Shown: piece after piece, positions 29,614 through 32,000 of the stretch | Numbering within the stretch: position 1 is the first letter of the stretch | Layout of the letters: the number at the start of each line of letters is the position of its first letter | Assembly (NCBI RefSeq): GCF_001457595.1 | Contig: NZ_LN831039.1 | Location: 420,001 to 452,000, forward strand | DNA: 32,000 nt | DNA from: Mycolicibacterium smegmatis | GTDB taxonomy: Bacteria > Actinomycetota > Actinomycetes > Mycobacteriales > Mycobacteriaceae | Reading direction: 5' to 3' | Translations under genes and position numbers: made by a program | The notes under the pieces: generated by a model | The model's input: only the letters and a program-made list of their open reading frames with translations | What the model was told of the DNA's origin: nothing | Database searches by the model: none

Positions 29614-32000
29614 GTTTCGGGCGCCTCGGCGTCGGGCAGCTGACCCACGAGGTACTCCGCGAGCCCGCCGATGGTCGGGTAGTCGAACACCGCGGTCGCG
29701 TTGATGGTGAACTTGCCGCCGAACTGGCTGTGCAGCCGGTTGCGCAACTCGATCGCCATCAGGGAGTCCGTGCCGAGGTCCAAGAACCGGCTCGACGCCG
29801 CGGGCGGCGACGCGAGGCGCAGGAAGTTCTGCACCTCGCGCTGCAGGAACTCGGTGACGAACCCGGCGCGCTGCGGTATCGGGATCTCCATCAACTGCTT
29901 GAGCAGCTCGCTGTCACCCGTGGCCTCCCCGGCCGCGCTCGGCAGGACGAGGTCCAGGATCGGCGGACGCGCCGAACCGAGAACCTTCGCCGCGCGCTGC
30001 CAGTTGGCCTTGAGCACCGTCGCCTGTCCGGACCCGTTCGCGATGACCTCGGCCAGCGCGTGCAACGCGGCCGAGGGATCCAACGGGATCAGACCTTGGG
30101 CGGTGATGTTCGCGGTCGCGGCCTCCGACGACGCCATGCCGCCCTGACCCCACGGCCCGAAGTTGATGCCCGTGGCCACCAGACCCTGCGCGCGGCGCCT
30201 GGCGACCAGACCGTCGAGCATCGCGTTGGCGGTCGCGTAGTTGGCCTGCCCCGGTGAACCGAACAGGCTCGACACCGACGAGGACACGATGAAGAAGTCC
30301 AGGTCGTCGTCGCGCGTCAGGCGGTCCAGGTGGCTTGCGCCATAGGCCTTGGGCGCCAACGTGGTCCGGAAGCGCTCGGGGTTCTGCGCCGACAACAGCG
30401 CGTCGTCGAGCACGCCCGCCAGATGGGCGATTCCGGCCAGCGGAGGCAACTCGGCCCGTATCCGCGCGAGCAGATCGGCCACCTGTGCCTCGTCACCCAC
30501 ATCGGCCGCATAGGTGTGGATGCGGCACTTGTGGCGCTCGGTGATCTCGTCGATCGCCCGCCGGGCCGACTCGTCGGGCTCGCGCCGGCTGGTCAACACG
30601 ATGTCGCCCGCGCCGAGCTGCGCCAGATACGCCGTCGTGTGCAGGCCGATCGCTCCGAGTCCGCCGGTGATCAGGTAGCTCCGATCGGGCTGTGGCTGAA
30701 GGGGTTTGGGGACCTGCAGCACGATCTTGCCGATGTGGCGCGCCTGCTGCATGCGCCGGAACGCCGACCGGGCCTCGGTGATCGGGTAGATCTCGGCGGG
30801 CAGTGGTGTCCACTCGCCGCGCGCCATCCCGTCGGACACCTCGGTGAGCAATGCGCGGATGCGATCGGGTTCGGTGAACATCACGGTGTCCAGCGCGACG
30901 ATCTCGTACGCGATGTCGGGGCGGGCCTCGGCCATCTGCTCATGCGACCAGATGTCACGCTTGGCGATCTCGGCGAAGCGGCCGCCCTGCGCGGTGGCCT
31001 TCAGCGTCGCCTCGATGAAACCCTCGCTCGTGAGGCTGTTGAGCACCACGTCCACGCCGGCACCGTTGGTGTCCGCGAGGATCTGATCGGCGAAGTCCGT
31101 CGTCCGCGAGTCGTAGACGTACTTCACGCCCAGCCTGCGCAGGGTCGAGCGCTTGAAGGTGCTCGCGGTGGCGAACACCTCGGCGCCGAACTGCTGCGCC
31201 ATCTGGATGGCCGCCAGGCCGACACCACCGCTGGCGGCGTGGATGAGCACCTTGTCTCCGGGCTTGAGCTGGGCCCAGTCGAACGCGAGCCGGACCGTCA
31301 GCGCCGCGGCCGGGATCGTCGCGGCCTCGACCGCGCCGATGCCGTCGGGAATCGGCGCCAGGAACTGGGCGGGCACGTTGAAGCGGCTCGCGAAGGCGCC
31401 CTGCATCGACCCGTACACGCGTTGGCCGATCTCGAGCCCGCTCACGCCGGCCCCCAATCGGGTCACGGTGCCTGCGAAGTCGCCGCCGATCGGTCCCGGA
31501 TCACCCGGGTACAGGCCGAGCACGTTGAGCACGTCGCGGAAGTTGAGGCCCGCGGCCTCGACCCGAACCTGCACGTAGCCCTCGTCCGGCTCCGGCACGT
31601 CCGTCTGCATGAGGCGCAGGTTGTCGATCGCGCCCCGCTCGGTGGGCGCGAGGACGAAGTCGCCCCCGCGCGGCAGCGTGAGATGACCGCTGCGGGCCCA
31701 CGGCAACAACCGTGATGCCAGCAGTTTGCCCTGCCGCACGGCGATTTCCGGTTCCTGGATGCCCGGTGCGGCCAGCAGAGCGGCCAGCAGGTCGACGGCC
31801 TCGGAAGATCCGTCACAGTCGACGAGCCGGCAGTGTAGCGCCGGTTCCTCGTTGATCGTCGTGCGGCCGAAGCCCCACAGCGCTGCCTGCACCGGGTCCA
31901 CCGGCTCGCCGGATTCACATGCCACGCCGTGTTCGGTGACGATCCAGAGTCCGCCGGGCAGTTTCACGCTGCCGCCCTGCGCGGCGTGCACTGCGCTGAG
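29607..32000 (-). CDS. pks: Type I polyketide synthase, C-terminal part (ER-KR-ACP), 5' end outside the window; probably the trehalose polyphleate-locus Pks
   Basis: ER: AGLNFRDVLNVLGLYPGDPGPIGGDFAG... HAASGGVGLAAIQMAQQFGAEVFATAST. KR: YLITGGLGAIGLHTTAYLAQLGAGDIVLTSRR. ACP: FLDLGTDSLMAIELRNRL (Ser 29763-29765). The frame stays open to nt 32000. Confidence 0.93.
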   Translation of the reverse strand, partial: LSAVHAAQGGSVKLPGGLWIVTEHGVACESGEPVDPVQAALWGFGRTTINEEPALHCRLVDCDGSSEAVDLLAALLAAPGIQEPEIAVRQGKLLASRLLPWARSGHLTLPRGGDFVLAPTERGAIDNLRLMQTDVPEPDEGYVQVRVEAAGLNFRDVLNVLGLYPGDPGPIGGDFAGTVTRLGAGVSGLEIGQRVYGSMQGAFASRFNVPAQFLAPIPDGIGAVEAATIPAAALTVRLAFDWAQLKPGDKVLIHAASGGVGLAAIQMAQQFGAEVFATASTFKRSTLRRLGVKYVYDSRTTDFADQILADTNGAGVDVVLNSLTSEGFIEATLKATAQGGRFAEIAKRDIWSHEQMAEARPDIAYEIVALDTVMFTEPDRIRALLTEVSDGMARGEWTPLPAEIYPITEARSAFRRMQQARHIGKIVLQVPKPLQPQPDRSYLITGGLGAIGLHTTAYLAQLGAGDIVLTSRREPDESARRAIDEITERHKCRIHTYAADVGDEAQVADLLARIRAELPPLAGIAHLAGVLDDALLSAQNPERFRTTLAPKAYGASHLDRLTRDDDLDFFIVSSSVSSLFGSPGQANYATANAMLDGLVARRRAQGLVATGINFGPWGQGGMASSEAATANITAQGLIPLDPSAALHALAEVIANGSGQATVLKANWQRAAKVLGSARPPILDLVLPSAAGEATGDSELLKQLMEIPIPQRAGFVTEFLQREVQNFLRLASPPAASSRFLDLGTDSLMAIELRNRLHSQFGGKFTINATAVFDYPTIGGLAEYLVGQLPDAEAPETA

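Noticed and set aside
30330-31715. 461-aa plus-strand ORF opposite pks
   Set aside because: Opposite clear ER-KR domains; low-complexity high-GC composition.
1-32000. CRISPR arrays, transposases or IS ends, tRNA/rRNA
   Set aside because: No regularly spaced repeat-spacer pattern, transposase-like protein or structural-RNA signature was seen. The repetitive character is due to homologous NRPS modules.

Overview
The window reads as the core of a mycobacterial glycopeptidolipid (GPL) biosynthesis locus, Mycobacterium smegmatis-like; species and synteny come from recall, since no database search was possible. Left part: the 3' end of a sugar O-methyltransferase, a TylF-like O-methyltransferase, a zinc-motif sugar C-methyltransferase-like gene and a GT1 glycosyltransferase. 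Centre: mbtH, then two giant NRPS genes, mps1 (C-A-T-E-C-A-T-E-C) and mps2 (A-T-E-C-A-T-R). Their hand-read A-domain codes and E-domain placement match D-Phe/D-allo-Thr/D-Ala/L-alaninol. Downstream: gap, sap (DGPF/YCII-like), an ECF42-like sigma factor, fadE5 (minus strand) and a DapB-like oxidoreductase. Right edge: the 3' end of a reducing type I PKS (ER-KR-ACP), probably the trehalose polyphleate Pks. I found no convincing evidence for a wholly new system, and no CRISPR, transposase or structural RNA. Points worth a second look: the C|A module split between mps1 and mps2, with an imperfect 26-nt-offset direct repeat at the junction; a C-methyltransferase-like gene with no obvious branched sugar product; a possible leaderless small ORF in the long mps upstream region; palindromic and tandem-repeat elements upstream of mbtH; near-perfect 4-nt-loop hairpins that swallow the stop codons at two convergent junctions; and a repeated GTAACT operator-like motif on the fadE5 promoter.
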